DNA from: Lingula anatina
Taxonomy: Eukaryota; Animalia; Brachiopoda
DNA length: 64,000 bases
Reading direction: 5' to 3'
NCBI GenBank assembly: GCA_051362555.1
Contig: CM120640.1
Location: 57,452,788-57,516,787, forward strand
Below the pieces are notes generated by a model, which saw only the letters and a program-made list of their open reading frames with translations, ran no database searches and had not been told where the DNA came from. Below, one piece after another: positions 1-12,590 of the stretch (positions are counted from its first letter, which is position 1; every line of letters starts with the position of its first letter). The translations under genes were made by a program, and so were the position numbers.

Positions 1-825
1 TTCTTTTTGTTGATAGTCTAACAAAAATGCAAAATCTGTTTTCTTTGTTTATTTTCAGTCCATGAGAAACTTTCTTTTAACTCTATCACTACTCCATTAA
101 CTACAACAGAACTATTGTGCACTGTGTTCATAATGCTATGATCTACACTGCTACCCCTTACACTGCTACACTTTAACACTTCTATGTCTGTAGACCTGCT
201 TTTATTTATATCTGTACCTTAAAGTGCCCCAACTTGCACTTTTAATTGCCATCTGATGATAAGTACTAAATATTGGAGGATGACGGACTGTGAACATGAA
301 TGTATACTAGTACATATCATTCTGTTAAAGTTGGGGGATGACAGCAGCAAATAGCATATGACTTTGAATGGTTGACTGCAATGTACAAAAACTAATCAAG
401 TACCTAGGCTATTTGAGAGTGAATCATCATGTTGCTTGAACCCATTTAATGATAGCATCCAAAAGTAGTCGAACTTGAATAGTTCACTGCAAACCATTTG
501 CTAAATTAAACCAATGCAGTATAGCTCTACAGGATTTCCAGCTGCAACGAAGTCCAGTAGTTCAAGTAAGAATTTTAGTCCTATAATATAAACTATCAAA
601 TGCTCTTAAAACAATTCATCCTAGCAACATTTCAATTATAAACATTTGGTAACTAAAAGGATGCTACAATATAGATGACACATGCAGTTTCCTTGTCTGG
701 AATATTCATTGGGTTGGTCACAGGGGAAACATCTGGAAGATGGGCATGGTTTGCCTTTTTACCTAAGGTGTTTAAAAATCATATATGAATAATTCAATTT
801 TAAAAAAATGTTTATTTCTTTTCAG

Positions 826-979
826 CTGGTAGTACTAGGGACTGACATTGTATCAGTAGTGATTGAAGACATGGCTCCAAACATCAATTATACCGTATGT
901 ATCAAGTCTAAACCTAGGACAAGTGGCTTCTTCAGTGACCCTGTTTGTAGAGTCATTGGGATGATCCATACAACTACAG
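826..979 (+). CDS. Cytokine receptor-like A (5'-partial): FN3 exon with degenerate WSxWS region
   Basis: ttttcag|CTG acceptor, ACAG|gtactc donor; 154 nt, phase 0->1. Encodes ...EDMAPNINYTVCIKSKPRTSGFFSDP (FN3 C-terminal strands). Same length and phase as receptor B exon 10565-10718. Confidence 0.85.
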
Positions 980-1233
980 GTACTCAGATTCTTTATCTGT
1001 AACTGCAGACTTTACTCACAGTAATAATTGACCGAGTGAAATGTACTTGAGTAGAGTAACAGGCAATTGTATAACTAGCTAATTTTAATAATAAATAGCA
1101 TTACAATGGTATCAAACCTATTAGTTACTGTTAATTGTGATCCACTGTCATCTGTAAACATTACTATTTTTCACCTGTCACTACTGTCATATAAATTTCC
1201 TTCACCTCTGTTGGCAAATTTTTCATGTATTAG

Positions 1234-1357
1234 TAGCCAGTGATATGGTATTAGAGCCAGTGGCTACAGGATTTGTGCCAGTGTCAACTGTTGGCATTGT
1301 TACTGGAGTGACCTTAGCAGCTCTCTTTCTGATTGGAGGCATCTTGTTGCTTATGAA
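1234..1357 (+). CDS. Cytokine receptor-like A: transmembrane exon
   Basis: tag acceptor at 1231-1233, AA|gtaagt donor. In phase with the previous exon it reads VASDMVLEPVATGFVPVSTVGIVTGVTLAALFLIGGILLLMK (single TM helix). Not in the ORF track. Confidence 0.85.
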
Positions 1358-1532
1358 GTAAGTATTAAAATATTGGTCTACTAATAAACTGTTTGGATTC
1401 AGTTAATAAACCGATGAACAAACAAAGAGCCTTGCTCTCTCTCTTAGCTTGACAAAATATTTCTTTGCTACATAATATACATGTAAATATGAAATAGAGT
1501 AAGAACTTGAACAAGAGTTTATTAAATTGCAG

Positions 1533-1593
1533 GATGCACAAATATGTGCACAAAAAGATTGCTATCATGGTACCTGAAACCATAAAGGAAGAG
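1533..1593 (+). CDS. Cytokine receptor-like A: juxtamembrane/Box1-like exon
   Basis: ttgcag|G ... GAG|gtgggt; phase 2->0; reads KMHKYVHKKIAIMVPETIKEE (basic stop-transfer, then hydrophobic-Pro). Parallels receptor B exon 12276-12327. Confidence 0.75.
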
Positions 1594-1891
1594 GTGGGTT
1601 TATAATTTTCTGCTTTGGATTTTCTAGCACTGATAATTAGCAGACATAATTAACATTTTTCTACTAGTGGAATTTGCAACTGAGTATTTAACAATATAGT
1701 TATGCAATTTTGACATCAAAAAGAGACTTAAAATTTGGTCTGACGAAGATGGTAGTCTGTTGTTGCATGAGAACATTTACAGATCAATCAAGCTCTTAAT
1801 TCTCTAATGCAAGGTGGAATTACTTGAATGTTTTAATATCTTCTGAATAACTAACCTATAAAAATTAATTATTTGAGTGCGCATTTATCAG

Positions 1892-3217
1892 GTACTTGGA
1901 CAAAATAGTTGCCAGAGTCTCAGAATAGATGATGAAAGTGTGGATAGTGGAATCCAGTTTTCTTCATCTAGTAGCATCACCCCAACTAGTCAAGGACACA
2001 CTTATTACCAAGTAGGCAGACAAGCAATTAACAAAGGAGAAAAGGTCCACTTGAATGATGCGCTCACAGCTTGTAGACTTTCAATGACTGCTACATCTTC
2101 TAGTGAAGGAATTAAATCTATGTCATCAGTGTCTGACCAAATCAGTCATGAGGATTTGACCATAAGTGATGGGGAGTCTCCCTGTACAGCTGTTTTGACA
2201 GATAATATTGAGAACAATGTTACACCTGCTTCAATAGATGATATTGTAATCAGTGGCATATCCAATGCTATGACAGAAGAAACTGTGAGCAATGTTACAT
2301 CAAATGTGACAGGTGAGATTGTGACTGGCACATCTGATACAAAACCAGTAGAAAATGAGACTGTGTCAAGGCAACAAAGGGCAGTGTGCACCCAGGCAAC
2401 TACTTTCAATCAAGTCTGTGAAGAGTCATTTGAAACGAGGATTTTTAAAGAAACAAATTGTTATGAACCTGATGTTTGTATGGGTGGACAATGTGAACCA
2501 TGTGTGTATTATGAAGATTTATATAGCTCTGGTGATTCTGAAGTGTCCAGTACTAGTAAATCAGATGGCTACAAGGGATGGACAGTCAATGTGGGTCTGG
2601 GATGTTATGCAGAGAGTAGTATCAATTCATCTGGATATGAATTATCCTCTTGTGTAAACCGCTATGGTGAAACATCTTTTAATCAGAATGGAAGGGAATT
2701 AGATATACCCCAGTTTGAAACCCACAGAAATGAAGATATCATACAAGAAATGCAGCAAGATACACATGACTCATTATCTGCTGATACTACTCAAGGAATA
2801 CAGCAGGATTCCCTTGACATAACAGCTGCACAACCTCTATTTGGAGGAAAAACAACGCATGTTACTTACACTGAAGAGAAGAACTCGTCTGGAGTAAATG
2901 GGAATTTATGTGTTTTATTGGATAATGACTTTGAAGGTGGGAAGACAGAAAACATTGTTGATATGATTGGTTCATCAGTAGAGTTAGAAAATACAAGTAA
3001 TTCACTTACTCAGAATGAAAATTCAGGGAATCACAAAATGCTTCAGATGCAAAAGATTAAATTTGCTGAAGCTGACAAACATTTATTTAACAATAACAGA
3101 AGTTTGGGTCAGAAGTATAATCAACAAAAAATATTTAATCCAGCTATCCTTCCTTCTATAGGGTATGCACAATTCAGTCTCAGTCCAACACCAGGTAATA
3201 TTGTACTGTACATGTAG
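1892..3217 (+). CDS. Cytokine receptor-like A: large terminal exon, Ser/Thr/acidic cytoplasmic tail
   Basis: ttatcag|GTA acceptor in phase 0 within ORF 1877..3217. Low-complexity tail with DSGIQFS and several Tyr motifs (YYQV, YNQQ, YAQF). Confidence 0.85.
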   Translation, partial: VLGQNSCQSLRIDDESVDSGIQFSSSSSITPTSQGHTYYQVGRQAINKGEKVHLNDALTACRLSMTATSSSEGIKSMSSVSDQISHEDLTISDGESPCTAVLTDNIENNVTPASIDDIVISGISNAMTEETVSNVTSNVTGEIVTGTSDTKPVENETVSRQQRAVCTQATTFNQVCEESFETRIFKETNCYEPDVCMGGQCEPCVYYEDLYSSGDSEVSSTSKSDGYKGWTVNVGLGCYAESSINSSGYELSSCVNRYGETSFNQNGRELDIPQFETHRNEDIIQEMQQDTHDSLSADTTQGIQQDSLDITAAQPLFGGKTTHVTYTEEKNSSGVNGNLCVLLDNDFEGGKTENIVDMIGSSVELENTSNSLTQNENSGNHKMLQMQKIKFAEADKHLFNNNRSLGQKYNQQKIFNPAILPSIGYAQFSLSPTPGNIVLYM

Positions 3218-6200
3218 ATTGTTCTAAAGATGAAGAAAAGGGGCCAGATTGTCAGTTCTCAATGTTAATTTAACCATCCATCAGGGCCTCTTTCTGAAAA
3301 CCTTAATATTTTTGGGGAACCAATGCAAGTACAGACTAAGTTTACCTTGGCCAGTAGATGCCAATAAAATATTGTGTATCGGTATGATCAGGGAATTTGT
3401 TTTCTTGAATGTTCTTTGTGCCTTAAGAAACACAGTGTCGTATGTGGCCAGTAAAACTCTAAATACTTATATTTTATATTACATTTTGAAAAGCAATTTC
3501 ATTCTCAGCAGTATACATCATTTAATTTTACTCTTCTCTTCAGCATAGTGAAAGGATTGTCATACAACAGATATAATTCATAATTTTCACAGAGAAATGC
3601 TATAGTGGATCTACAATGTATGTGAGACAGGTGGGCAGTGGGCGCACCCAAATCTCAGTTTAACCATTACTCCCCCCCCCCCCCCCCCCCAAAAAAAAAG
3701 AAAATTTACAATGTGGAACAAGACAAAACCAAACAATTTTTCAGTCCCTGTGTTTTTTCAATAATAGAAAAAAATCTGCTGAGAGTGCAGAGGGCATTCC
3801 CCTCATTGTGTCCGAAAACTGCTCAAAACTAAACTCTTAACTCAGATTTCAAATGAAGCAAGACAAATAGTTTGTCTCTGTGACCCACCTCCAGGATTTA
3901 GCTGCCACTAACATGAGATTAGAAATTATTTTCTTGCAGTCATATACTCCATGATAAAGGTTACAGCCTATGTCTTATTTAGTTTTATAAAGAGTTTTAT
4001 TTAAAGTTTTAGTAAATTACATTTCCTGAAAGCTACCTGCACAGTTATAATCTTGATAATGTTCATAAATCAATATTTGAGAAGCTCCCCTAAAATATGT
4101 ATACAGGGTAAAGTCTGAAATGTTTTTTCCCTATATTCAGTCTTATGAAATAATTTTTTATGTTTATTTTACAACATGTAATTTTAAATTACAGTAGGAT
4201 TAGACCGACAATTTGAGCATATTGCCAGTATGACTACAATGTGCATCATGATATGTAAATTATTATATTGTGCAAATTTAAGTAGATTTTTCTATAAGTT
4301 AAGGCTGACTAGTTTGTTATTGATAGGGTTGATAGAGAAACTGTCTAATTATTTTAATGCATCTCAAGTTTGGTGGCAGCTTTCAAAGTACTGTGTGTTC
4401 CCTGTTTCTGAAAGCACACACAAATACATTGTACCTCACTAATGTGGATGTAATATGTACATTATAGATTTGTTGAGGTGAAAAGAGCTCATTGTGAGTG
4501 TGCTGGAGTAGCATCCAAGCTTAAGGTTGCCATTACATGCACAGGGAGTGGATCATTAACACAAACATCAATATTTACATGAAATATATATGCTTTTTTG
4601 GTTGTTTTCCCTTGGTGGATTATGTCAGTTTATCCGTTCATAATAATCACACTACAGTGTTTCTGTTGGTAATAACTTTTTGTTATGCAGCTTGAAGAGT
4701 ATACGGTTCTTCTATTCTCCTAATTTGCTATTGCTCCCTCTACCACTACTGTCTCTGCTGTTTTCTCTATGTATCCTGTGTGTATTAGCTATCAGCTGTG
4801 TATTTTCTCCCTCTTAAATACCCTCTTATCCCAGCCACCCTACAAATCAATGTCATCTACTTCTACCTTCGATTCTGTTGGTTAGTACCTGAGTTAAGGA
4901 CACACCCATCTGGAGGTAGGGATCCCCTGAGGGTCCCCATACCTCCTGACAGGAAGTATATCTTATTTAGGTTATCCTGTCCACACTGCTTCTGTCCACT
5001 GTCCCCATCTTGTCTTCATACTGTCACCTATCTATGTTCAATCTAATTTAATGTAAACTGTACTGGGTATTGATCAGTCATATTATATGAAATGGTATAT
5101 AAAAATAAAAATCACTATAACAATAAACTTACATCAACTTCTGAATTTCAGTAATTTGAAAAAATCATTGTCCTAGTGCTCTATATTACTGTATATTTGT
5201 ATCCTGTATACTTACATTTTGGTGATTGTTTTTTATAACAAATGGATGCCAAATGAATCATAGCATATTCATGTCATGTGATGTTACAAAACTCATTTTA
5301 ATTTCTTATCAAATCTCTGCTTCAGCATTACTTAACATAGATATGTGTAACTTAATTTGGCTTAAGCTGGACCATGTATAGACTTACCTATCACTACATT
5401 TGTATGAACACTTTGCTTAACTGTTTTCCTCATACATGTAAGTAGAATGAATCATAATTCCTTGAATCAAAAGTGAAAGTCAATAATGAAATGCAACTAT
5501 TTGAAGTTTTTTTCTGCTCAAAAGACCGCACTCAAATGCTGCTCATGCTAAATAATGCTACTTATTTTTCTGATTGTTGTCACTGTAAATGCACTAAATC
5601 TTGTAATTTATATTTATTCAGCTATCATAATGCATTGTTTTACTGAGTACATGTACAGTTCTGGGTAGCAGCTTCAGATTGTAGTATAGAAGAAAAAGGT
5701 ACATGTATGATCCTAGTTTGGTCTATAGTGAAGGGGAAGGTCACCTTTTTTTAAGTGTGCTCCCTTCGTCCCTTCACTTCTTTTGTGCTACCTTATATTA
5801 ATAAAATCCTAGATCTGCCTGTGTAAATATAATTTAAAAAGTAGGTCATTGAGTATACAGCTAGCTGACAAATATTTATATAAAAGAGCACAGGCTTTCA
5901 GCATCTGCAGTTTTGCTTTTTCATTCCAAGTCCTTGTGCTTACAGTAGATAATGATTTTTACATTTATAGAAGTAGAATGAAGTCCCAGAATCTTTTGAC
6001 ATCAAAAAGAGGTGATAAAATATATTCATTGACATGGATTTGACAGTTCCAACTTAAATTGACAGGTACAATAGGTAAGATGTTTATTATTCTTACTGAA
6101 AACCTTTAAGTCGTATAATAAAGGATGTGTTTGGTCTTTAGCTGTGTGGTTCAAATGGGGTGGGAGGCTTTTATAATTTTAACTGGGCTGACAAAGAGGA

Positions 6201-6867
6201 AGTTAAATACAAAATTCCACTCATGACTAGCACTGTACAGTATTGTTCTTTCACTTTTAAAACCAGGTCCTTCTTGATATACACCAGGCAGTTTGTCTCA
6301 TTGAATGGATTGTGACACATTCCTGGGTACTAAATGATTGCGGATGTAGGAGGATGTGAACTGATTTGGCAAAATTCTGTGTTTATGACCTTTGAGGAGG
6401 TTTGATCAGTACAAGTATGCTGTGACATTATCAACACCCCACAGGGTATAGTTCCTTATCAGTTAGGAATGCAAGGTAGGGAACCTTCATTGTTACAGTT
6501 ACTAAGTCGACTTGGTATAGATATTAAAATGTAACTATTATGCTTAACAGTGGAATATAGACTCAGCGTGTTTGATGAAATATATTGATCATGTTCTGAA
6601 CAATTTATGATAGGAGGAAAAAGACCACATAGTATTTGATGTAAACTGTGTACTCTTTCCAGAATTGTTCATTAAGTTTAAATTTCTTTTAGCTTGATTT
6701 ATAGCACAGTTTTGCTACATACTGGGGTATATTACTTTGAACTTAAAAAAAGATGCCAAACGTTGGCTTGATTGATTTTTTAATTGAATATACAAATTTT
6801 AAATCATTATTTAAGGACATCTGTGAGATTGAAGTGGTTCAACAGTATGAGAGAGAGATAACACATT

Positions 6868-6949
6868 ATGGCAGGAAGACATTGGGGAACAACTATCCAT
6901 TTCCTTCTTGTTTTTATGTTGGCTTCCTCAATTGCGAGACATATTGGAG
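6868..6949 (+). CDS. Cytokine receptor-like B exon 1: signal peptide
   Basis: ATG at 6868 reads MAGRHWGTTIHFLLVFMLASSIARHIG, then G|gttagt donor; phase 1 matches the next exon. Confidence 0.75.
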
Positions 6950-7455
6950 GTTAGTTTTTATTCTGAAAGACTTAGTGTCTAGGTAATATATATAAATTAG
7001 TATTTTATTTAATTTGTAGTTGTTCAATTAGTTCAATGACAAATTAAATGGGACCACAGCAATAGTCAGAAGGTTCAATAGTCGGAATTAATGCATGAAT
7101 AAAGGGTATACCGGTAGTTTACAAATGATTTTTCAGACCAATGAACTTTTGGATTGTCGAGACGCCCCCAATTAAATGAACCTGTTTTTACTCCCTTACC
7201 TTTCCATTATGAGTGAAATTTAAGATTCAACTACTCCTTTATCATTTCCATTATGATTGTGACTCAAAAATAGATACTTAAAATAAAAACGGGTTTATGG
7301 ATCATATTTCTGTGAACAGTTTAAGAGATTGTACCTTGGTAATAAAGAGAAACATGCTGAAATATCAAGGAAAATTATAAATGTTTTTGCTATATACAAG
7401 TATACTGGTAGAGATTTAGTGTTTAATGCACATTGTGTGCCTTTGAGTACTAGAC

Positions 7456-7485
7456 CTAAGATCTAATAAACGTATTAGATCTTAG
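7456..7485. mobile_element. 30-bp palindrome with 7-bp target-site duplication (P-element-like footprint)
   Basis: CTAAGATCTAATA-AACG-TATTAGATCTTAG flanked by ACTAGAC on both sides (7449-7455, 7486-7492). Confidence 0.7.
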
Positions 7486-7647
7486 ACTAGACCAAGCATT
7501 TTATAAAATATCATACATACACGTACCTGTCTTCAATCTCTTTAGCAATTAATCAATAAAGTATATTTTGTTAGCATTTAATTAATCAAGTATATTTTGA
7601 TATTAAAGTTTGAAATGCAACTCTAATTTGTGACATTGTTATTCTAG

Positions 7648-7917
7648 TAATGTTACCAAATGATCCCACTGTTGCCTCTGGAACTACAGCTAACCTCACC
7701 TGCTGCCTGAATGATATTTACATGTACAAATCAACAGACATTGAATTTGAACAACGAGGCAACCCTATAGCAAACACCAATCTAAGCACCACCAGGAGAG
7801 ATAATTCTTCCTGCTCCACACTGTTCATTCACAATATTCAGTGTAAGGATGGAGGGATGATATACTCTTGCAGAGCAGGAACTGACATCATTGGGCAGCA
7901 GTATGTCACAGTAGGAT
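7648..7917 (+). CDS. Cytokine receptor-like B exon 2: Ig-like domain
   Basis: ttctag acceptor, T|gtatgt donor. G-TTANLTC...STLFIHNIQCKDGGMIYSC...YVTVG is an Ig-fold pattern like the N-terminal Ig of gp130-family receptors. Confidence 0.9.
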
Positions 7918-8124
7918 GTATGTACATTTATGTCTCACTTTTTTCCAATTAAAATCCTAACATTTTAATCTATTAAGAAAATCATAGATTGTTTTCATTT
8001 CCACCACTTTTCACAGTGGCAAAATGTTTCTTTTTGTAGATTGATTTTTCTAATGGATGGTGATATATGAAAAACGTTTTAAACCAGTATAAGACGTTAT
8101 AAAATTGATGTATGTTTATTTAAG

Positions 8125-8251
8125 ATAACCTAAGGAGCCTAGATTCCCGTCTTCACTGTGTCTCCTATAATGAGGACAAGTTGACATGTTACATAGATAT
8201 GGACTCTATGGTGACAACTACTGTTATAATGTCGTGGTCACGAGATGCCAG
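8125..8251 (+). CDS. Cytokine receptor-like B exon 3: cytokine homology domain, first Cys pair
   Basis: taag|AT...AG|gtgggc; reads YNLRSLDSRLHCVSYNEDKLTCYIDMDSMVTTTVIMSWSRDA (C-x9-C). Confidence 0.85.
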
Positions 8252-8437
8252 GTGGGCCATTTAACTATATTAGAGATATATATGACTACATGTACATGTA
8301 ATATAACTAGTAAATATTATATTACATCTGATCACATTTATGTGATGCATGCTTAACTGGCATGTATTATATTTCACATTTCTCTTTTTTTTTTATTTCA
8401 GTAGTTCTTGATAAATTTTCAAAATTTTATGTTTCAG

Positions 8438-8628
8438 TACACAGTATATTTGCCCACATGAAGTTGAAAATGAACACACATGTAGGCAACAATACAGCTG
8501 TACCTGGAAAAAAAACGATGGTGTAGATTCATACTACAGCCAGGTGCCTATCCATTTATCTGTGCGAGCTAACAATAGCCTGGGAACCAAAACATTTACC
8601 AAAACTGTTGAAGTGGGGTTTCACATAG
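8438..8628 (+). CDS. Cytokine receptor-like B exon 4: cytokine homology domain, second Cys group
   Basis: tttcag|T...G|gtactg; reads STQYICPHEVENEHTCRQQYSCTW...IHLSVRANNSLGTKTFTKTVEVGFHI. The CP...SC and V-x-A-x-N-x-LG motifs are typical of class I cytokine receptors. Confidence 0.88.
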
Positions 8629-9066
8629 GTACTGGTATTACTGAGGCCTCATTCCCAATATTCAATTAATCAACCCAACTCCACAGTGACTCTAAATTAT
8701 TGCAATCTTTTTAAAAGATGAAGATGCCACCTCTTGTTTTTTATGTACTTGCGTAATCACCAGCTTTTCTGTATTCTACTCAATACCAGGAGCCTTGTTA
8801 ATCTTTAATATCTTAAAATTAAAGTTAACCATTTAAAATATGGTCCTTTGCTTTGGGAAATATGATTTATCTATCTTATTCACATCTATTGAGTAATGGC
8901 CATATTGTATTTCATATCATTTGTTTCTCAACTATTTCGATTATGTAACACAGATATCAAAATTGCTGATATTAATAGATCAATAAAAAAATGAAACTTG
9001 TAGGACAAGACATAATATTATTGTCAAACCTGATACACATGGAGCAAAATTATAAACAATTTATAA

Positions 9067-9097
<31 letters not shown>

Positions 9098-9098
9098 G

Positions 9099-9265
9099 TG
9101 AAATCTGAGCCTGTCCATAACTTGACATGTGAAGTGTTAAACAATACAACAGCCCTCCTCACCTGGGCCTTGCGCCTGTCTGAGGACATGGAATGGATTA
9201 GGAATCAAAGTGGGGGATTCCAGTTCTTAGTTCAGTGGAGTGGTGTGAATGATAAGCAATACTGG
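9099..9265 (+). CDS. Cytokine receptor-like B exon 5: second FN3, N-half
   Basis: Long poly-T then acag acceptor, TGG|gtgagc donor; VKSEPVHNLTCEVLNNTTALLTW...FQFLVQW. Confidence 0.9.
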
Positions 9266-10564
9266 GTGAGCTTGAAGTTTTAAGACAGCAGGCACCAGCA
9301 ACTCCTAAATACATGCAGTGGGCGCTAAACCTTCATATAGCAAAAATATATATATTTTTTCCTGTACTCACCAAGGAATAAATACCCTTTCTAAGATTGT
9401 TGAGGACATTATTATCTAGTATATAACTGTTTTCTAAAACTGTTTTCTACTTTTAATTCTTTCATTTTTACCCTTGCATGTTTTGTCAATATGGTTTTGG
9501 ATATAGTTTTTCTAGCCAATAAAAAGTGATGTAAAAGTGTTTAGTTTCTAAAAAATGAATTTTTGTTATACAGGTCATATATTGTGTGCCTAGCTTCTAG
9601 CTAAATACATAGAATAATCTTTGTAGCCTTGAGCATGCCTGCATTTCTTGATTGCTGGGCTGACAAAGATGAGGAATAATTTGTTTCCAGTATGTATGGG
9701 CTGACTTAATTGTTTTTGTCTGTACTCTGTTTCATCAGGTACAGCATGTGACCTTATTATGTGAAACTCAATCACCATACAGTACATGTTTAACATTGGT
9801 AGAAGGCCTGACAACGGGATAAGATTTAAAGTATATGATGGGTTTATTGTTGTCATTACATGGTCTATTGAAACAGGCCATACATAGATAGATGTATGTG
9901 TACCTGTATTTTTACCAATCTTAACTGAAGAGTGGCACCCACCTGCTTTTAGCTCTGCTAATAGTTGCTAGGTATGGTTGAAAGGTTGTAAAAAGATGCC
10001 TGATGACCAAAATGCCTGATGACCAAAATCAGACTTTATAAACAAAGTTACTGTTTAATACTTCAAGCTGCAGCTTTGCGATTGCAATTCCCAAATTTAT
10101 GACTTAAATTGCTATTTTATAGTGTGATCATAAAAATATTACACCCCAATATAAACTGCAAATGGCAAGTCCCCTCAAGTCTTTGTAAGAACAAGATTGA
10201 GAGGGCATTACTTCTTTATGAATTGTTCATGGTTGAAAAAAGAACCTGTCTTTAACCGTGAGACACCCAGTTTAAAGCTGGACAAAGTGTTCACAGTTTA
10301 CAGTGAATGTTGCTATCCTTGCAAGTACATTTTACGATTGTACTGTGATATAAGTTATTAATTTAATGATGGCATAAACCTACAGCATGAAGTCATTTAT
10401 GGCAATTATTGCTTATAGACCTGTAGATAAGTAAATCACTGATCTTCCCAACTTGACAAGAATATGACAGAACTTCTGTGTACAGTACGTATTGATTTTT
10501 TCCCTCCACCAAAGGTAAAAAAATAAAAAGGCAATGATTTTTACTTTTGTACTTTACTTTTCAG

Positions 10565-10718
10565 AATAAGACTTTTGTATCCATTAGTAACATGTTGACC
10601 TTGCGTTTATCCGACCTTGACCCCAATCACCATTACAATGTGAAGGTCATGGTAAAACCGAGAGGGGGACTGTACTGGAGTGAACCAAAGTCATTGGAAT
10701 TCTGGACTAATTTCACAG
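10565..10718 (+). CDS. Cytokine receptor-like B exon 6: second FN3, C-half with WSxWS-like LYWSEPKS
   Basis: tttcag|AAT...CAG|gtactt; 154 nt; LSDLDPNHHYNVKVMVKPRGGLYWSEP. Confidence 0.9.
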
Positions 10719-11076
10719 GTACTTATGCTTTTGAATGAAAAGCATGCCTCATTTCAGTGCATGCATATACACTGCATGTTGTCATTGAAAAGAATACTGA
10801 AAACAAAGTCAAGAAGATTTGCTGCCAAAATTTGGGTTTTTCAGACTCTAATGGAAAATAGATTGAATACAATATTTTGAACAATTGACAATATACATCT
10901 CTTTCTGTGTCTATACATGTAGCTACAGAAGATACCTGTACAGGAAACAGTTCAAAGTATCTGTCTCAGCATTTGGTAAACTGTTTTAAACCCTTGATTT
11001 TATTTTATTTTATTTTATTTTTATTTGACTGCAATGATTTCATACAAAATGTAGTCATACAATTTTAACAGTCTAA

Positions 11077-11596
11077 GGCTTCGTTCACATGAAAAGTCTA
11101 TTTTCAAAAAATCTATTTTCTATTCGCAGTATATCTTGTGATCATGGTCTGTGCCCTGAATATCCGGTGGCGTAATTACTGGCAGCGCGAGCCAGTTACT
11201 TCCAAAGCTGTAATTAATTCTCGGCTGTGCTCAGAGGAGATTCTGATACCTTGACGCATGCGCAGTAGGAAGTTAGAAAGTTAATGGCGGTCGCGGTTGC
11301 TTTGAAAAATGTGTTTGTTGATTTTGTGCAACAACAAGACGAAGAAGATGAAGAAGCTATACACACGACAGATACGAGTGCAACCGTCATGATCCGATGG
11401 CAAGCGATGTGGCAACGGAGGATGAGATTTTATAGAATGTGGGCACAGCCAAGAATTAATTACAGCTTTGTATAAGTAACTGGCTCGCGCTGCCAGTAAT
11501 TACGCCGCGGGATATTCAGGGCACAGACCATGATCATAAGATACCGCGAATAGAAAATACATTTTTAGAAAATAGACTTTCCATGTGAACGAAGCC
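11077..11596. mobile_element. PIF/Harbinger-type non-autonomous element in intron 6 of receptor B
   Basis: ~125-bp TIRs beginning GGCTTCGTTCACATG; TAA on both flanks. Internal ORF 11284-11475 resembles a Harbinger transposase N-terminus. Confidence 0.85.
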
Positions 11597-11889
11597 TAAG
11601 GGCCCCTTCCCTTTAACACACCTCTTGGCATTGAGTAGAATACACCTGGTGATTATATGAGGATGTTGGAAACAAGAGGAGGTGTGTTAATCTGTTTAAA
11701 TAAATGCATTCAGTGAGAGTCTCTGCACAGTTGTATCGATCTGAGTAGAATTATATTTTCGATGGGAATGAGTCTTAACAGCTGTTTATGATTAGAAAAA
11801 GAAAGACATGCTTGCCTTATAAAAAGATAATACAAAAACACTGTTTATATGAATATACTCATAGCTTATAAATGTTATCATTATTTTAG

Positions 11890-12022
11890 TGCCAAAGAGT
11901 GCTGAAGACAGTAGCAACATAGAGGCTGGGATCTTGGTTGCTGTTATTGCTCCTGTTTTGGGGGGCTTTGTTGGCTTCTTTCTAATAATTTTGACTGGTT
12001 ACACTGGTTACAAGGTTTGGAG
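11890..12022 (+). CDS. Cytokine receptor-like B exon 7: transmembrane
   Basis: ttttag|TG...AG|gttagt; GILVAVIAPVLGGFVGFFLIILTGYTGY hydrophobic helix; phase 1->2 like the receptor A TM exon. Confidence 0.88.
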
Positions 12023-12275
12023 GTTAGTTGAGTCACAGAATATTGAAAGCATTGACAAATTTCATTTGTGTAGCCCATGTCTGTAAAAGAAGTATTTATA
12101 TATTACGTATACTAATAATGAAAAGTTTTGTATAAATTTAGATATAAAGTTTATGAACATAGGTGGGCTTAATACAATTTTTTTTTTTTGAAGGAGGGTG
12201 TTATAACTAAAGACTATAGTACAGTACTTCAGAATTGCTAGTAACTCACATTTTGGATTTATGTTAAAATTGCAG

Positions 12276-12327
12276 GAAGACTAGAAAGGTTATATTGATA
12301 GAGCTTCCGCCAGACATTGAACAACAG
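12276..12327 (+). CDS. Cytokine receptor-like B exon 8: Box1-like
   Basis: ttgcag|G...CAG|gtaatc; RKTRKVILIELPPDIEQQ. Confidence 0.8.
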
Positions 12328-12590
12328 GTAATCATAGTCTTATTATGCACATGTACCGGCACATGCCCTGTTTAGGGGGTAGAGGGTGGGATACCTTGAC
12401 AATTATGCAAACTAAGAAATGTGGTTATGGATTCATTTTTACTGAAATCACTGATCTGTTAGTCCTCAGACAACATGTACATAATAGATGTGATTTGGGA
12501 GTAAGAATATATTTTTTGGTTTCTCTGCCATAAGCATAGGAGCAGCATAGTCAGATTAATTGTGTAGTTTGTGTATAATTTTTTTTTTAG

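Noticed and set aside
483-565. Possible upstream exon of receptor A (ag|TTCAC...CAA|gtaaga)
   Set aside because: The phase fits, but the translation (HCKPFAKLNQCSIALQDFQLQRSPVVQ) has no FN3 features and the acceptor is weak.
1231-1236. NAGNAG (TAGTAG) tandem acceptor at the receptor A TM exon
   Set aside because: Would change about one residue; common and untestable here.
2146-2657. Overlapping ORFs 2146..2409(-) and 2355..2657(+)
   Set aside because: Shadow frames of the real receptor A exon.
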